Positions 41,209 to 56,144 of a DNA stretch of 64,000 nt are shown here, one piece after another. The notes beneath the pieces are model-generated. The model did no database searches. It had not been told where the DNA came from and worked only from the letters and a program-made list of their open reading frames with translations. Positions within the stretch are counted from its first letter, which is position 1; the number at the start of each line of letters is the position of its first letter. This DNA is from Octopus vulgaris (lineage: Eukaryota), in the NCBI GenBank assembly GCA_951406725.2, contig OX597821.1, positions 75,640,001 to 75,704,000 on the forward strand. Direction: 5' to 3'. A program made the position numbers and the translations under genes.

Positions 41209-41243
41209 GTTTCTGAAGAAGAGCTTTGCTCGAAACATAAAAT
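41209..41243 (+). ncRNA. Minimal type I hammerhead-like motif, GAGC/GCUC family
   Basis: GUUU CUGAAGA A GAGC UUU GCUC GAAAC AUA AAAU. Both conserved boxes are intact; C-A mismatch in stem III. Confidence 0.7.
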
Positions 41244-41340
41244 ACCCTTTAATTCTTTCTATGAGCCTCTAACTAATACTTTGCAAGTAGCATGCTCTCC
41301 CGTTGTTGTGCTTTTCTTGACATATTTCTCCTTTTCTTGA

Positions 41341-41379
<39 letters not shown>

Positions 41380-42659
41380 ATCTCAGTGTCTGACAAAGAG
41401 ACTTGCAGCTCTTAGAATATGGCATCATCTTCGTCTAACGCCTTTATGAAAAGAAACAATTGTAATATTTGTCTTATAATCTTGACCTTCCGTATTATTT
41501 CCGGAAGTGTTGTTTTGTTTGTGTACGAGTGAATAAAGTGAACAGAGAAATGTGAAAGATGTTACTTTTATGATGTGAATAAGAGTATCTACTTTCTTTC
41601 TCTCTCTATCATTCGAATAACATTTTTTTTAAAATTCTAATCATAAAATTTCGATATTACTTGATGATATATAAACATATCTGATACTTTTCTTTTTACA
41701 GGTTGATTTATTGACAAATTAGAAGCGATGGAACTAAGCAACTCTCTCTCCTGTGTCTCATAGACAGCCATAGTCAACAGATTTAAACCAATCATCTGAT
41801 AATTCGAAATCGTGTGACATTTAAGCATGGAAACTTTTCACTGACGAAAACTTAATTTTTACTCGAGAGACAAGAAGCATAAGGTCATTTATTTCTGGCA
41901 AAACACTAATTTATCTCCCTTGAGACACAGAAATACATCAGCCAACCTCAGTAACAATCATACTAAACTGTCACCAATGAAAGTCAATCTTCTGCCGCTA
42001 CTTGATTTGGTTTGCAAAATTAGAAACGATTCAGCAGAACTAGTTTCCATAAACTTTACCTTACCATAGTATTAATTAGGTAAATTGATACCATCACATT
42101 ACAGACTTGTAACTGTAACCTAAACAGATAAAACGATATTTGAGAATATTCTTAATTTAATTATGTATCAGGCAGATTTGTTAGTAGTGTTCCATTACGC
42201 CGCATCAGCTGCATATTACACTAGCATATATCTTTCCAATCTATATATTATCTCCTTTGCTGCATTTCCTTACTTTGAATGTAAGCAAGGGGAACTGGAA
42301 TTAAGAACCCAATCAACGAAAAAACAAATTTAGTTATTTTAAGTGAAACCCGAACTCGCATCGCTTGGTAATCCCTTTCAAAAATTTCGCTCCTAGAAGA
42401 TGGTCAATATTTACCATTAATTGAGTTTACAACCACATCTTATTTATATTCTATTTAATATCAACATTGATGCAGAGAAATTAATTTTTCATGCCATCAT
42501 GCTAATAGAATGCAAACCACCAATAACCTCCAATTAAGTTGGTTTGGATTACTGTTAGATTATCAACGACTACAAGTCGATTTCTCTGAGACAGTTTGCA
42601 CTTCTTATCCTCGCTAAAAATATCACCTGATAGAGAAACGGGTAAAAAAAGAATCGTTA

Positions 42660-42875
42660 TAACATTGGTTTCAAATTTTAGCACAAGACCAGCAAGCTCA
42701 TGGAAGGGAGGTAAGTCAATTGTATCGACTCCAATGTACTTATTTTATCGACCCCGAAAGGATGAAATAAAAAAAAAATAACCTTGCTGGAATTTGAACT
42801 CAGAACGTAAAGACGGACGAAATGCCGCTAAGCATTTTTGCCCGGCCTGCTAACGATTCTGCCAACTCGCCGCCA
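42660..42875 (-). mobile_element. SINE family B monomer
   Basis: Head GGCGGCGAGTTGGCAGAATCGTTAGCAGGCCGGGC and B box GAGTTCAAATTCC. Confidence 0.85.
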
Positions 42876-44761
42876 GCAGGATAGCCCTAAAATTCAAGTT
42901 ACATTATTTTATGTCCTGTTGTCTAAAATCTCTTTCCAATAATGTTTTATGGTAAAATATAAAAAATAATGAAGTTTGGTCAAGAATAAGTAAACCTTGT
43001 GCTTCTGATGGTTCTCTTATCCAGTGAAAGTTTATATATCAAATTGTTCTGATGCTAAAATTTCACAGGAAAATAACAATGGAAAATTCATTCTGATATC
43101 CATTTCGAATTTGTCACATTCATTTGGGAATGGTGACTGCTAAATGTTAGCCAATTAAGTAACTCGAAGCTCATTTCATTTATATCTGCCTACGCAAAAT
43201 TCAGCCGCCGAGGGTACCTGTTCATTGTTTGGAATTTCATTTCGAATGCTGTGCTCTGAATGAAGGCGAAACGTGAACTGCTAATCCCGGTAGACGAACA
43301 AATGTGGCTCATATATTTAGTATTCCAAGCATTTATCGCTGGCCACAAATGGTGAGATTCTGAATCAGGAGGCGTCATTCCTAGTTTGAGCAATAATGCC
43401 GCTGGGCTTGCTAAATGAATTTGCCCTAGTAACGTGACAGAAATCATAGCAGTTTGACAATTTAGGTTTAGATTTGGCTGAAGTCTTATTTTAGATAAGT
43501 TATCAACGCCAAAAAGAAGTAAAGAATGACTATAGAGAAAAAGAATATAAAGAGAAATTAGTGAGAGAGGAGGAGAAAGAGACAGAGAGAAGGAGAGAGA
43601 GGGGGAAGAGATAGTGACTGGCTGACCGACAGACAAACAGAAAGACAGATAGACAGATAGATAAGCAGACAAACAAATAAAGATAAAGAAACAGGAAGAG
43701 AGAAAAATAGAGTTCATTACGTGACGAAGAAAAAGGAGAATGAAGGAGAAAACTCCAGAGGACTTGTTATAATGAGAAAGTTCTAGAGATATATACATAG
43801 AGACAGAATGAAAGAAGATGAAGGAGAGACTAAAGAAGGAAAGTATAGTGGAATATTGTAAGGGGATATTTTCTAAGAGAAAATGAGACGAAGAATAGAA
43901 TAAAATTAAATCTAAGAATGCTTCAGAAGGAAAAGCTCACAACTAACAGTGGGTTTTTGTTAAGAAACAAGAAAATCTGAAAGAAAATTATAATACTGAA
44001 AGTAATAACAAATATATTTAAAAAGAAAAAAAAACTGAAGTAAGAAATAATAAGGCTACAAGGTGGACTGATCAGTCAGGCTTGCCGTGGCCCAAACACT
44101 GAAATCGATCAAATTAAAGTTAATTTGTAAAAAAGATATCTGATTATTCTGCCATCGGTTTCGCATCAGCGGATAAGAAGTAAGTAACACGAGTACTATG
44201 TTCGTTATTTGGTTTCTTTAGGCAATAGCAACTGTAATTAGCATGTCTAAAGAGCAACGAAATTAAGTCAACAACTGAGACCTATTAATTAATCCAACAG
44301 GAGTTAGAAGAGCTGAAGATTAATAATATCCGCTATGATATTTGTACTTTTCGGAATTAGAAGACTAATTTATCATCATGTCACCCGGAAGCTGACTGGA
44401 ATAAATTGCTCAAGGAATCCCTTAATAACTAACAAAAATAAACAAAATTATGAAAACTAAAACCAATGGATAAGCTAATTCTACACCTTCATTTTTCAGT
44501 TCAGCTTTTTTTTTTATCTCAATTGAAAATAAAAAGTACTTGTTCTTTCCCTTCTCCTCAATCTTTCCCTATCAATTCTTGTATATTTTCTCTTATTACA
44601 TTTCTATCATTTACCATTTCCGTCTTCAGTGCCATTATCACCAGACATCTTCACCAACGTATTCTACTTAATTTTTTTTTCTTCTCTATCATCATTTAAA
44701 ATTTTCTCCTACTACCACCACCGCCGCTACTACTACCACCACCACCACCACCACCACCACC

Positions 44762-44833
<72 letters not shown>

Positions 44834-45480
44834 ATTGTTGTTGTTGTCAAGCAACGAGAGGGGTAAGGGCGATTAGGTGATGGTTTAGGGCTTAGGAGCG
44901 GGAGACCCCAGACCTTGGAAAAAAAAACTTTTGTCGTCTTGTTGTAGTCGAGGGTTCTTCGTTGACGCCCGACACCACTGGGAGGTGGCCCTCGAAGTCG
45001 CTGGAAATGGAGATCTCCAGGTCCAAACTCTTGAACGGCTGCTGCTGCTGTTCATAACTTTGCCATAACTCAAAATTTGTCTTCAATTTCATTGTTAGTT
45101 GTAACACCAGACATGTCTAGTATTACGCTATGCGTTGAAAACCGCGTCAGACAAAGGACAACGACACCTCACCGTCAAAGAAACACCAGAGGTGTCGTAA
45201 CCTCAGTGCATGTCTGCGCATTATGAACTGCAGGATGTCCAGCCCTTTTGGCATCGGGTGTTGATAGCGAATAAACCGCATGACAAGCAGGAATAGTCTT
45301 CTCCGCGGAAAGCCGAAGAACTTCTATGCGTTTGATATCTGACACTATTACGATGACACTGCATTTACAAACTCAAGCCTGCTTTGCTAATTCTAGAGTT
45401 ATGCCTTTCGAAATCCGAAACGTTTGCACTAGTAGATCTAGGCTCAGTACGAAAAAAAAGGGGGAAGAAGAACCAATCTT

Positions 45481-45890
45481 CTAGATTTGTCTACTAGGAG
45501 TTGATCCTTGGTACTTCAGCACTTACGCTTGCAAACCTCCTGCTCATGTGGCAGGACTCCATTTTTTCCCAGATGTCAGTACATTGACTCTGCGACAATT
45601 CCAGTCAATAATTTCCACATAAGTGGCTAGCGAGGATATCGGCTTGCAATAATCTGCCGTATTACCTTTTTCGATGTTTTTCAAGCACAGCACTGTCCTA
45701 CTCATTGTCAACCACTCTCATGTTACTTGGTCGGCATTTAAAAGAGTGTTGAATAGTGCAGCTATTCGTGCATGACATTCACTAAATCTTTTCATTCAGT
45801 AACCTTCATCTCCAGCTGGTCCCGGATTGTCTTCTTGCAAATCATCTTATATGTCTTACTTCGAGCAAGCTATCACTGTTCCTTGTGCCT
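45481..45890 (-). mobile_element. R4/Dong-type (REL-endonuclease) LINE reverse transcriptase fragment
   Basis: PGPAGDEGY*MKRFSECHARIA, EWLTMSRTVLCLKNIEKGNTADYCKPIS, LMWKLLTGIVAESMY*HL and LPHEQEVCKRKC*STKDQLLVDK. Confidence 0.82.
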
Positions 45891-45904
45891 TTAGTAGAAA
45901 TAAT

Positions 45905-46070
45905 TCTTCTTCTTCTTCTTCTTCTTCTTCTTCTTCTTCTTCTTCTTCTTCTTCTTCTTCTTCTTGCTTTTGTACAGCTTCTAACGCTGGAGATGTACTA
46001 CGGTGTCAGCTGTTCACTACCTCTTATTTTTCGAGCACCTTTCGGAGTATTCGAGCGGTTCCAAGCAGTG
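45905..46070 (-). mobile_element. R4/Dong-type LINE extreme 3' end with (GAA)n flank
   Basis: Minus strand SLLGTARILRKVLEK*, then a short 3' UTR ending GCTGTACAAAAGC(AAG)n. Confidence 0.8.
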
Positions 46071-46104
46071 ATTGTTGTTGTTGCTGTTGTTATTGTTGTT
46101 GTTA

Positions 46105-46165
<61 letters not shown>

Positions 46166-46184
46166 CATTATTATTATTATTACT

Positions 46185-46380
46185 GCGAGCTGGCAGAATT
46201 TTTAGCACCCTGGCATTTCGTCCGTCTTTACGGTCTGAGTTGAAATTCCACCGAGGTCGACGTTGCCCTTCTTCGTTTCGGTGTCGATAAATTAAGTTCT
46301 AGTGAAACACTGGGACCGATGTAATAGATTAGTCCCCTCACCACAAAATTTCAGGCCTTGTGTCTAGAGTAAAAAGATAT
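46185..46380 (+). mobile_element. SINE family B, diverged
   Basis: GCGAGCTGGCAGAA...CCGAGGTCGAC...TCGATAAATTAAG...AATTTCAGGCCTTGTG. Confidence 0.82.
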
Positions 46381-48599
46381 ACTAACATACCGGATGATCA
46401 TAGACAGAATATTGTGAATATGAGAGTTCAATTACGATTGGGTTAGATAACAACAATAACAATAAAATTGGGAGTTTTGTTTCAAAAATGATAAGAACCA
46501 CAAGATCTCTATATTAGAACTAGTCGGAGTTTTGATCTACACAATGACAGGGAGACTAGGTTTTATGATGCAAAGTGGGACGTTAGAGACCAACATCACA
46601 GTTTGTAGAACTGTTTAATGAACATTGTTCATTGGCCTATTGGGATGGCTTTCCGAATATTCTAACGAGGTGAAATATTGGGAAAATCCACTAACGGTAT
46701 CTGTGAGCCAAACTTACTTTATAGTTGTGCAACGAGAAAGTATGATCGAATTTGGATGACCCATGGAACAAGCTTTAACACCTGCCTGAAATGTTTGTCA
46801 ATGTACCCGAATTCAGACTGACCCTTGTCTCTAGCAGCATCATGATCATGTCTAGGATTAAGAATTCCGTACATTCGAATATATTTACGATATTGTTTCT
46901 CGTTTTCTCTGGATAAAGAGATATGGAAGTAGTAGCAACGCAAAACTTTTTTAGTGTTTCACTGATAAGTTTATTGAAATCGATTGAAAAGGAAGATTTC
47001 AACAATATGTGAACTGACCAATTGCAACTATTAAATCGTCATACCATTAGCTGATACCATTAAGACGAATAGATGCTGGGCGAAACATTAATAGTGTTTC
47101 GATAGATATTCACTGAAATATAATAATTGTTGGTCAGCAGATGTACATATACTGGTGTAACGCATAAAACATTTGAAATGGCAACATTCAGCGTTAGCAG
47201 TAACGATATAACAATGCATAAAATAAAAGAAAAGTTATATTATTGTCATTAAAGAACATAAAATGAGATGAAACATGCATCTTAACTATTTCTATTTCAT
47301 GGACGAATAATAGGATGTTAGACATAAAGGATAATGTCACGAGAGAAGGAAATATTAAAAGAGATGAAAACAAAGTGAAAATGTTGGTTAATTAGAATTC
47401 TGTCAATTATCATTGCAGATGATGAAGCCAAACAGTTATTGTTTGATAAATTTCTTCATTCGTGTTGTGGAAGACTGTGTTACATGCAATAACCCATCGT
47501 TCTATAGTAGAAAACTCAAAGAAAAAGATGCAAGCCCACGGCAAAACAAATACTTGACGCTGTTTCAATTCTCAGTTGGGATCATCTCAATTTCTCTGCT
47601 AAGAAATTCCCTTAAGAAAGACAAGATAACTGTGATTTGAGATTTCTTCAACGCGTAAAGTATAAAATTTTAGAGCATCGGGATCAACGCAGAGTGTCAT
47701 ATTAATGTATATCACCTTTAGTTTCCCGCAGATATTGTCTTCTGAGTTCAAAACTCTCTGGGAATAGACCTGCTAATTATTCATCTAACTGTCAAGAGAC
47801 GATGAACTTAACGTTAAGATGGTCTTGTGCCATGCCTACCATTGTATTTCTCTCTGAATCTGTGCTGGGAATTCTTGAACCGTATCCTCTACATTACATA
47901 TCATTTAGTATGAAGCAGGTTTCAAATAAACTTCATTTCACCGGACGCAGTGGGCAGCTTATGTATTGAAAATTTTAATGTCGCAACGTAAACTGCAGTT
48001 ATAAAGTCCTAACAGGCACGAACATACATACACAAAAACATATACATATCTGTGTGTGTGTGTGCGTGTGTGTGTGTGTGCGTGTGTGTGTGTGTGTGTG
48101 TGTACCCTAATATCGGATAGTGAGAGAGAGTGCTCAATACAGCATTCATGGATAAATATTCTTTATGTGTGGGTTACGAAAGCAACCGATGCTTTCTTAC
48201 TGTTGAAATTTCTAAGTAATTATCAAGCCTGACGTATGCAAACATTGGTATTCGTTTCCACAAAGTTCGCTTCATAATTATTAGATTTCAAATTTGATTC
48301 ATAGAATGGACACTTGAGCTGGTGTTTTAACCATAACCTCGGATCGACCCAAGGTTTGTCAGTAAACGTGGCAAAATAGAATCCCTGTAAACCAAAGTTC
48401 AGTCTTGTTGTAACACAAGCACACAGATTCTTATTGAATATTACTTAAAGACATCCAGGATAGGTCAATGTGTTGAAGGTTCGGATGTATGAAATGCAAT
48501 CTTGGATATCATCGATGGACCAGTGAATCATATTTGTGTCTATATACTCACGTACGTATGTCTGCATTGTATCTCTGTGTGTATGAATATACTGCATGC

Positions 48600-48656
<57 letters not shown>

Positions 48657-50103
48657 CTATGTGCGTGTGTGTATGTGTGTGACGTATCCACGTATGAATG
48701 CATGCTCGAGTGTATGTACTAACTAGTGTACATTCACACCTACAAATATATTTATATTTAATTATCACGGTATTTCCTATTCGCTTACCTTCACCACTTA
48801 CCTTCCAAGGTGCCTAAATAAATTCCTAACAAAATATTATTAGATCATGCCCGTAATTCTTTTCAATTTTAACAGAAGACCAACAGTTTTGAGCGGAGGG
48901 GCATGACGAACACATTGAGCCCGTACTTGATTGGTACTTCATTCTATCGATCTTGAAAAGATGAAAGGCGTAGTTCATGCCGGCGGGTCATATACATAAT
49001 TAATACGGTGTGTTCTGCCATCGTTATGCTGTACGTTCCTTTTTCATTAATGATCAAAACATGGACATGAAACAGGCTGTTTACTCTTGACCGTACAAAA
49101 ACATGCACACTCGTAATACAGCAATACGAAAGCTAAGTCGTAAGTATGAATAGTTATGGAATAATAAGCTAAAAATGCCTTCTTACCACAATGTCAGAAT
49201 GGAATGGCAAACAATACACTGATGTACATAGTCTTTCTTCATTGCGTATACGGTCTCTTCCACAAAATAATGGTAAAACTAGCTTCTAATGATTCAGCCT
49301 ACGAGTCACTACGTAGTTGCTCAACTTGACAATCGCAGCCAAAGCTCTCTCAACTCACAGCCCGTCGTCTTAATAGCAAAGGATAAATTTGATCATGTAT
49401 TTCTATGTAAATAAGATGAAATGATCACGGTTAAAATAATAAAAAGTCTCCCGGCCAAAGATGTCGTGGAACTAAACATAAACAACTAGGTTTTGAGTCC
49501 TAACATGTAAAGTTTATGAAAAGCTTGAAACTGACCTGACTCAAATCAAAATCAATCTCAGCTTTATATTGCCGTTAATTATTTATAAATATCAAAACAT
49601 TAAGAAGAATTTCAAAGCTGTGAAGTCCATTAAAATTGTTATCCACTTTCTATGTATAAGAACGGACAGACCTAAAGCTCTCCAATTGAGAAAAACCATC
49701 ACGTTCTTCGACTATTTGAGCGTCATCGACTATTTGAACGATATAAGCTTTCCAAATTTTTTCGTGGCTATTTCTGTTTACGACGGATATGCTACATTTT
49801 CAGAAAAAATATCAACCCACACAATTCTCAAGCTGATTCTGAGTAAAAACTATCAACAAGCTATCGCTTTTTGATCCTCTAACGATATAAACACGGGACT
49901 AATATAGAAAGTGTTAATTTCTGATGAAAACATAATGTTTTTCTCCATTTCCTGTTTGAAGACATGCGTGAGCAGGCGAACATTTACGTTGTAATTTTCT
50001 TTCGCCAGGATAAGTTCTCCAGTCAGATGGATGCTCCGTAATTATATTTATTATATTTATTATTGATACTTTTAATTATCTTTATTAATATTTCTTATAC
50101 ATG

Positions 50104-50462
50104 AAGGCGGCGAGCTGGCAGAAACGTTAGCACACCGGGCGAACTACTTAGTGGTATTTCGTCTGCCGTTATGTTCTGAGTTCAAATTCCGCCGAGGTTG
50201 ACTTTGCCTTTCATTCTTTCGTGGACGATAAATTAAGTACCAGTTACACATTGGGGTCGATGTAATCGACTTAATTTATTTGTCTCTCCTTGTTTGTCCC
50301 CTCCATGTTTAGCCCCTTGTGGGCAATAAAGAAATAAGAAACGCTAGAACGCCAGGAAAATTACTTAGCGGCGTTTTGCCCGTCTTTACATTGTGCGTTC
50401 AAATTCTACCAGAGTCGACTTTGCCTTTCATCCTTTCGGGGTCGATAAAATAAGTACCAGTG
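50104..50462 (+). mobile_element. SINE family B dimer
   Basis: Head AAGGCGGCGAGCTGGCAGAAACG. The second unit restarts at AGAAACGCTAGAACGCC. Confidence 0.87.
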
Positions 50463-50510
50463 TAACAAGAAGCAAGTGTATTAGTTTGACGCTCTGAAAC
50501 ACGAGAAGGT

Positions 50511-50546
50511 CTTTTACATTTCGAACCTATGCTCTTCAACAGAAAG
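50511..50546 (-). ncRNA. Hammerhead-like motif, GAGC/GCUC family (A6 changed to U)
   Basis: CUUU CUGUUGA A GAGC AUAG GUUC GAAAU GUA AAAG. Perfect 4-bp stem I CUUU/AAAG. Confidence 0.6.
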
Positions 50547-51310
50547 GAGTAAGAGGAAATTGAGAGAGAAAAAAAAGAAAACTCGTAGATTTCAGCGGTC
50601 CAACATGGAGACTCATTTTAGTGTCAACGTGGGATTGTTTATCCACAAAGCATTCTTGTTCGTGCAAACTCATTCCAAGAATACACAACATTCTCCTTTT
50701 CATATCAGATTCCTATCCAGTTTTTAAAAGTAGAATTTGATGTTGCTTGCAGTAACAGGATTTATTAAGGGATTATGTTTTGTGAATAAGAAAAACAAAT
50801 TGCATTTCATGATGTACGAACCTACGACACTTCAGTTGGTTTTCTGCAAAACTCACGAATGTTCTTGCATCTACTGATTCTGATCTGAAATGCTGGATTC
50901 TACATACTGTTGCTGCTGATAGGTATATATTAAAAAAATAGCGCATCCTCATATAATCTCAAATGTTTCTGATGATTTTGATTGTAATCTCAATGAGAAA
51001 CACGTCCAGATTAATCCTAAATATTAATTTTAATCTATTCTCGATTACTGACAAATACAGTTTAAGCGATTTGTGATTAATTGGAGATATTTTCCTCAGA
51101 TAGGTATTAATGAAAATACAATTTCTTGTGCGGATATTTAAGATCAACGAGATCGATTTCTATGAAGCAAAATTAATTTCTTTACGCAGTGTGCAAATTG
51201 ATTTAGAATTTAAACTGAAATTAGAGAGTTTAAATATCGTAGAGTATTTGGGACGGATTACAACAACTTATTTACAACACACACACATACACACACACGC
51301 ACACACATCC

Positions 51311-51393
<83 letters not shown>

Positions 51394-51682
51394 CATACAT
51401 ATATATAGATGGTTATATATGTATGCATATATGGTATGTATATGTAAATGATATATATGTATATATATTACACATATATACACATGCTAGCACACGAACG
51501 AATAATTGTTGAGAATAAATTTTATAATTAGGTCAAAATAAATAAAATAAATGAAATAAATATAATAAATAAAAATATTAGAAAAGCAAGAATATGATAA
51601 GGAAAATATATATAAAAGCACTCTCGAATGCACATACATTTCTATGTATAGTTTAATATTTATCAATCAATCAATCTGTCTG

Positions 51683-51787
<105 letters not shown>

Positions 51788-52032
51788 ATATATATATATA
51801 TCTAGACTTTGACGTGTGGATGTGTGCATGTGTGTGTGTGTGTGTGTGTTTGTGAGGTCAGTAATGTTGGGTGTGTAGATGATTCTATGTAGGTGCGTGA
51901 ATAATGGGGTGTGGTGCGGTGTGGAGGTGTAGGAATGTGAGGGTGAGGTATGAGTGTCGGGTGGGTGTGGATGGAGAGGGTATCAAAGAAGAAAGTAGGT
52001 GGGTTGTAGTGAAGAGAGGAAGTAAGTGTATT

Positions 52033-52071
<39 letters not shown>

Positions 52072-52120
52072 AATAGATACATACATAGATAGATATATAT
52101 CGATAGACAGACAGACAAAC

Positions 52121-52159
<39 letters not shown>

Positions 52160-52174
52160 TAGATAGATAGATAT

Positions 52175-52244
<70 letters not shown>

Positions 52245-53278
52245 GAATAGATAGATTAGAGTTCCACTATGGATGAATGATTAAGCTGTTCGTTTGGCAA
52301 TTTAAATCTACAATTGATTGAATACCTGAATATTCATAACCGAAACCAACAGAAGATCTATTATAATAATACCGAATCGTCGAGAGAGTCTGTGTAGGGT
52401 CAATCAACACGCTAAAAATAATAGTCAAATTTCACCTCTTCCCATATCAACTGCTAACAACTATGTTGATTTTAATAAGCGACCACACCATGAATTGTTG
52501 GTGGAATTGAAGGAGATAGCATTAACTACAGTATATTACTGGAAGCAATTGAATTGATCTGGCAATGATAAAACATTCTGTTTACTCCTGCGAGATTTGA
52601 ACTGAGTCGGGCAGCATTAAATGTTGCAGGACTCGCGTTCATTTCTGTCAGCACACCAACTGAGTAGGAAGTTAATAACAGTTGGCCTAAGAAGTGTACA
52701 AGCTGTGATGAAAGCTTCGATACACATTTCCCAAGGTAACATATGATGACAGATGCAATAAACAACAACCAGCGCAAAATCTGCTTCTAGTAATATCGGT
52801 GATTTTAACTAATTAACTTTTTCCTCGCAGCTATATTAAATGATACATTAGTTTCCGTGTAACTAAAATTGAAATGAGATAATCATTGTACTTTTTACTC
52901 CATCAGTCTAGGAACGCTGCAATTGTTAATGAACTCTATGACCCTGCTTTAATTTTAATATAAATGTGTTAAATAGTAAAACTGTCATTTACACGAGATT
53001 TCATAGATTGAAATATTACCAAATCGACTAAAATTTGTGATATGACAGTCCTTCAAATTATTTAACAACAAAATTGAAGTTTTTTTCTTTGTATTTGTTC
53101 TCGCCATTGTATATTCAGGCATATTTAAATACATACATATTTACACTCACACACACATACATACATATATGTATGTGTGTGTATGTGTGTGTGTGTGTGT
53201 AAATATATATATACACATCTATATATGTATATATATATATTGATAAAAATGGTAAGACAACATTTAAAGATTTATATG

Positions 53279-53342
<64 letters not shown>

Positions 53343-54148
53343 GAGAGAGAAAGAGAGAAACAATTGCAATAGACCAATAGATTCAAAACAGCGGGCACTG
53401 AACCTAATCGAAAGATACTGCTTCTAGAATTATTAGGGGGAGAAAGGAAAAAATATTTGAGTTGTTAATGATATTATTTAAAAAATAGAAAATATAGAAA
53501 CACTGAACTTGCTTTGCCTATCATGCTAGATGTGAGGTAGAATAATTGAAGAGATGCAAACTATGCGTATTAAGATTTTTTTGTCATTTTTACGGATTGA
53601 TCAACAGCAATGGTTCGGAACCTGGGAGTTTATACCTTGTGAAAGAGTCCTGCTGAGTGAATAAGCGGTTTTATCAATATCGGGTGAAGCTTGTTAGCAT
53701 ATAGTTAGTTACTGACAATAGAGATAGCATGTATGTCCTGTGTGAACAATACTTGGCAGATATTGGAAAATGACCTCCCACTGAACAGTAGCTACATACA
53801 GAGCGACGGTGATCGTTTATAAAAATCATGCTATTATCAAAAATAGGAGAAAGAACAGAAGTAAAAAAGGACTGATTTCTGTAACATATTAGAAGAGATT
53901 TACATTCGGAAATCGGAGTATTGATCTGCAAATATTTGCATATCGCTGAAATGATTTGTATCGAGAGAATTTAGAACCTTATTTTCTTGGTATTTTTTCT
54001 TTGTTTTCCTGATTTTTCTTACTTTAAAGAATTATTTCTTGTTGCCAGTGTGAAAATGTGAAAATGAGGTATGTAGCAATATTGAATAATACGTTATACA
54101 TAATTGTAAGTATGTACGTACATTTGTATGCATGTAAATATACATACA

Positions 54149-54247
<99 letters not shown>

Positions 54248-55994
54248 CAAGCATATTTTAATACAAAGGAAAAAAACCAGCAGATTGCTGTAGGTAAAGA
54301 TAATTTAAAAGTTTCCTATTAAATTATACACAAAATTCACCACAATTTAATGTCGACACACTTTATAGTAAAATATGTAAATACGAAAATAAGAATCTCA
54401 TTCTATCAAAGCGAATGACAGCAATTCTGATTCCGAGTTTATTTCTGTGTATTTCATTGATTACTTAAACTAGCGAGGAAACATTTTGGCTAAGCTGGAA
54501 TAGATGCAAGAAAGTTCTAATGTACTATTTTTGTAATTGCTTCTTAATTAGGAAAAATATGAGATTATCTGATGTCATTTAAACAACGTTCAGTCCTGAA
54601 AGGTGTTCCGGTCATAACCGTCCAGCTTTTTTTTAATATTTTTATATAGCGTACGCCCAGGTTCACATCACCTAATATATAATTTCTGTTGTAAATAGGT
54701 TGTCCGTAATTTGAGAAAGATTCGCTGCCTTTTCTAGCAGATCAAGTGACCAGGTAAAGGTTTCCTCTTTGGGTCATACCTGATAGATCTTTTTAATGCA
54801 TATGTAAAAAAGAGAAAGTTGAAGTAACATGACAGTTGCTATCTCTCCTCCGTACTTTTCACCGTAAAGGCACTTGCTGAGAGTCGATCCATTCACTCCC
54901 CAGACTCTTCTGGTTCTATTTACCTAGCGTCTGATTGTAATTTGTAGTACCTCATTTTATTTATTCAAATATTTGTTTGCTTATTTATTTTTGATACTCT
55001 TTGTTTTCTGGCTGTTACAGTTGTTGGGGTGGTCGTTGTTGTGACTGTAGTTTTGGTAGCACTGAAGGCCTTACTCCAGTTCACTTTTGTTGTTCTGGAA
55101 AGAATTTTTATTTGAATAAGTGTTGTAGCATCTTGCTTTTCTGTCTTCCGCCATGACTTGAATTTGTACGCCATTCAGCGGCTCAATAAAACCGAAAATC
55201 TTTTCCGGTGTTCCCAGTTTCATCCGGATTAAAATCTCCAATCCGATTCCAGCCCAATCTTCTTTACGATATCTTGTAATATCAATCAGGTCACCCGGGC
55301 GTTTAATTCCTACACACTCTACTACTTAATAAATTTAATTCTCATGGCAGTTTTGCTATTTTCATTTTTTTCCACACACTGACCAATATACGTGTGAAGG
55401 AGAAGTAGATCTCCGTGTTTATTCTGAGCCATTCAATGTTTCTGCGCCAGAGTGTGTACGGGTTTCTGTCTTCTTTACAGAGATATATTGCCGGTGACAA
55501 GTTAAAAAGTTGATGTCAGTCCAGATTGAATTTAAGCATTTTTCGAATTGGACGTGTAAGTTATGAAAAACCCATCGCATTTTAAAAGAAACAGACCACT
55601 ATAAAACAGGTCTGGCCATCATTTTCATCAATTTCGAAGGAACAGCAACTTCGGTTTTTCCCTCTCTCTCAGGTAAGCTTCTTGTAGTTTTCTTCATACT
55701 AAATCAGTTTTACATTATGTAACACCACCTTTGTTCATGGGTGCCAATTGTTGTTATTAACTCTAGAAAGTATGAAACATGGCTACTATTACCTTCAAAC
55801 TTTGCTTTTGTTACGATATTTATTTAAACCCCAAAGAATCCCTCTCAACACATGACTAATGATGCACCTCAACTACTGCTCGGGATCAGAAATACACATA
55901 TTGTCAGCCACTAAGGAACTTGCTCAAGTGGTTGAGGTCGAGCAACTGACAAGCAATACGTGGTAGTGAGCAGAATATTTGCTATAAAGCGAGA

Positions 55995-56068
<74 letters not shown>

Positions 56069-56144
56069 TGATATTCTATGGGATTTTATAAAGTAGACAG
56101 AAAGAAACACAATGAATGGGTCAGGAAGATAAATATCACTGGTA

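Noticed and set aside
43190-43798. 202-aa minus-strand ORF
   Set aside because: Half is low-complexity CT-rich sequence, and there is no recognisable domain or splice support.
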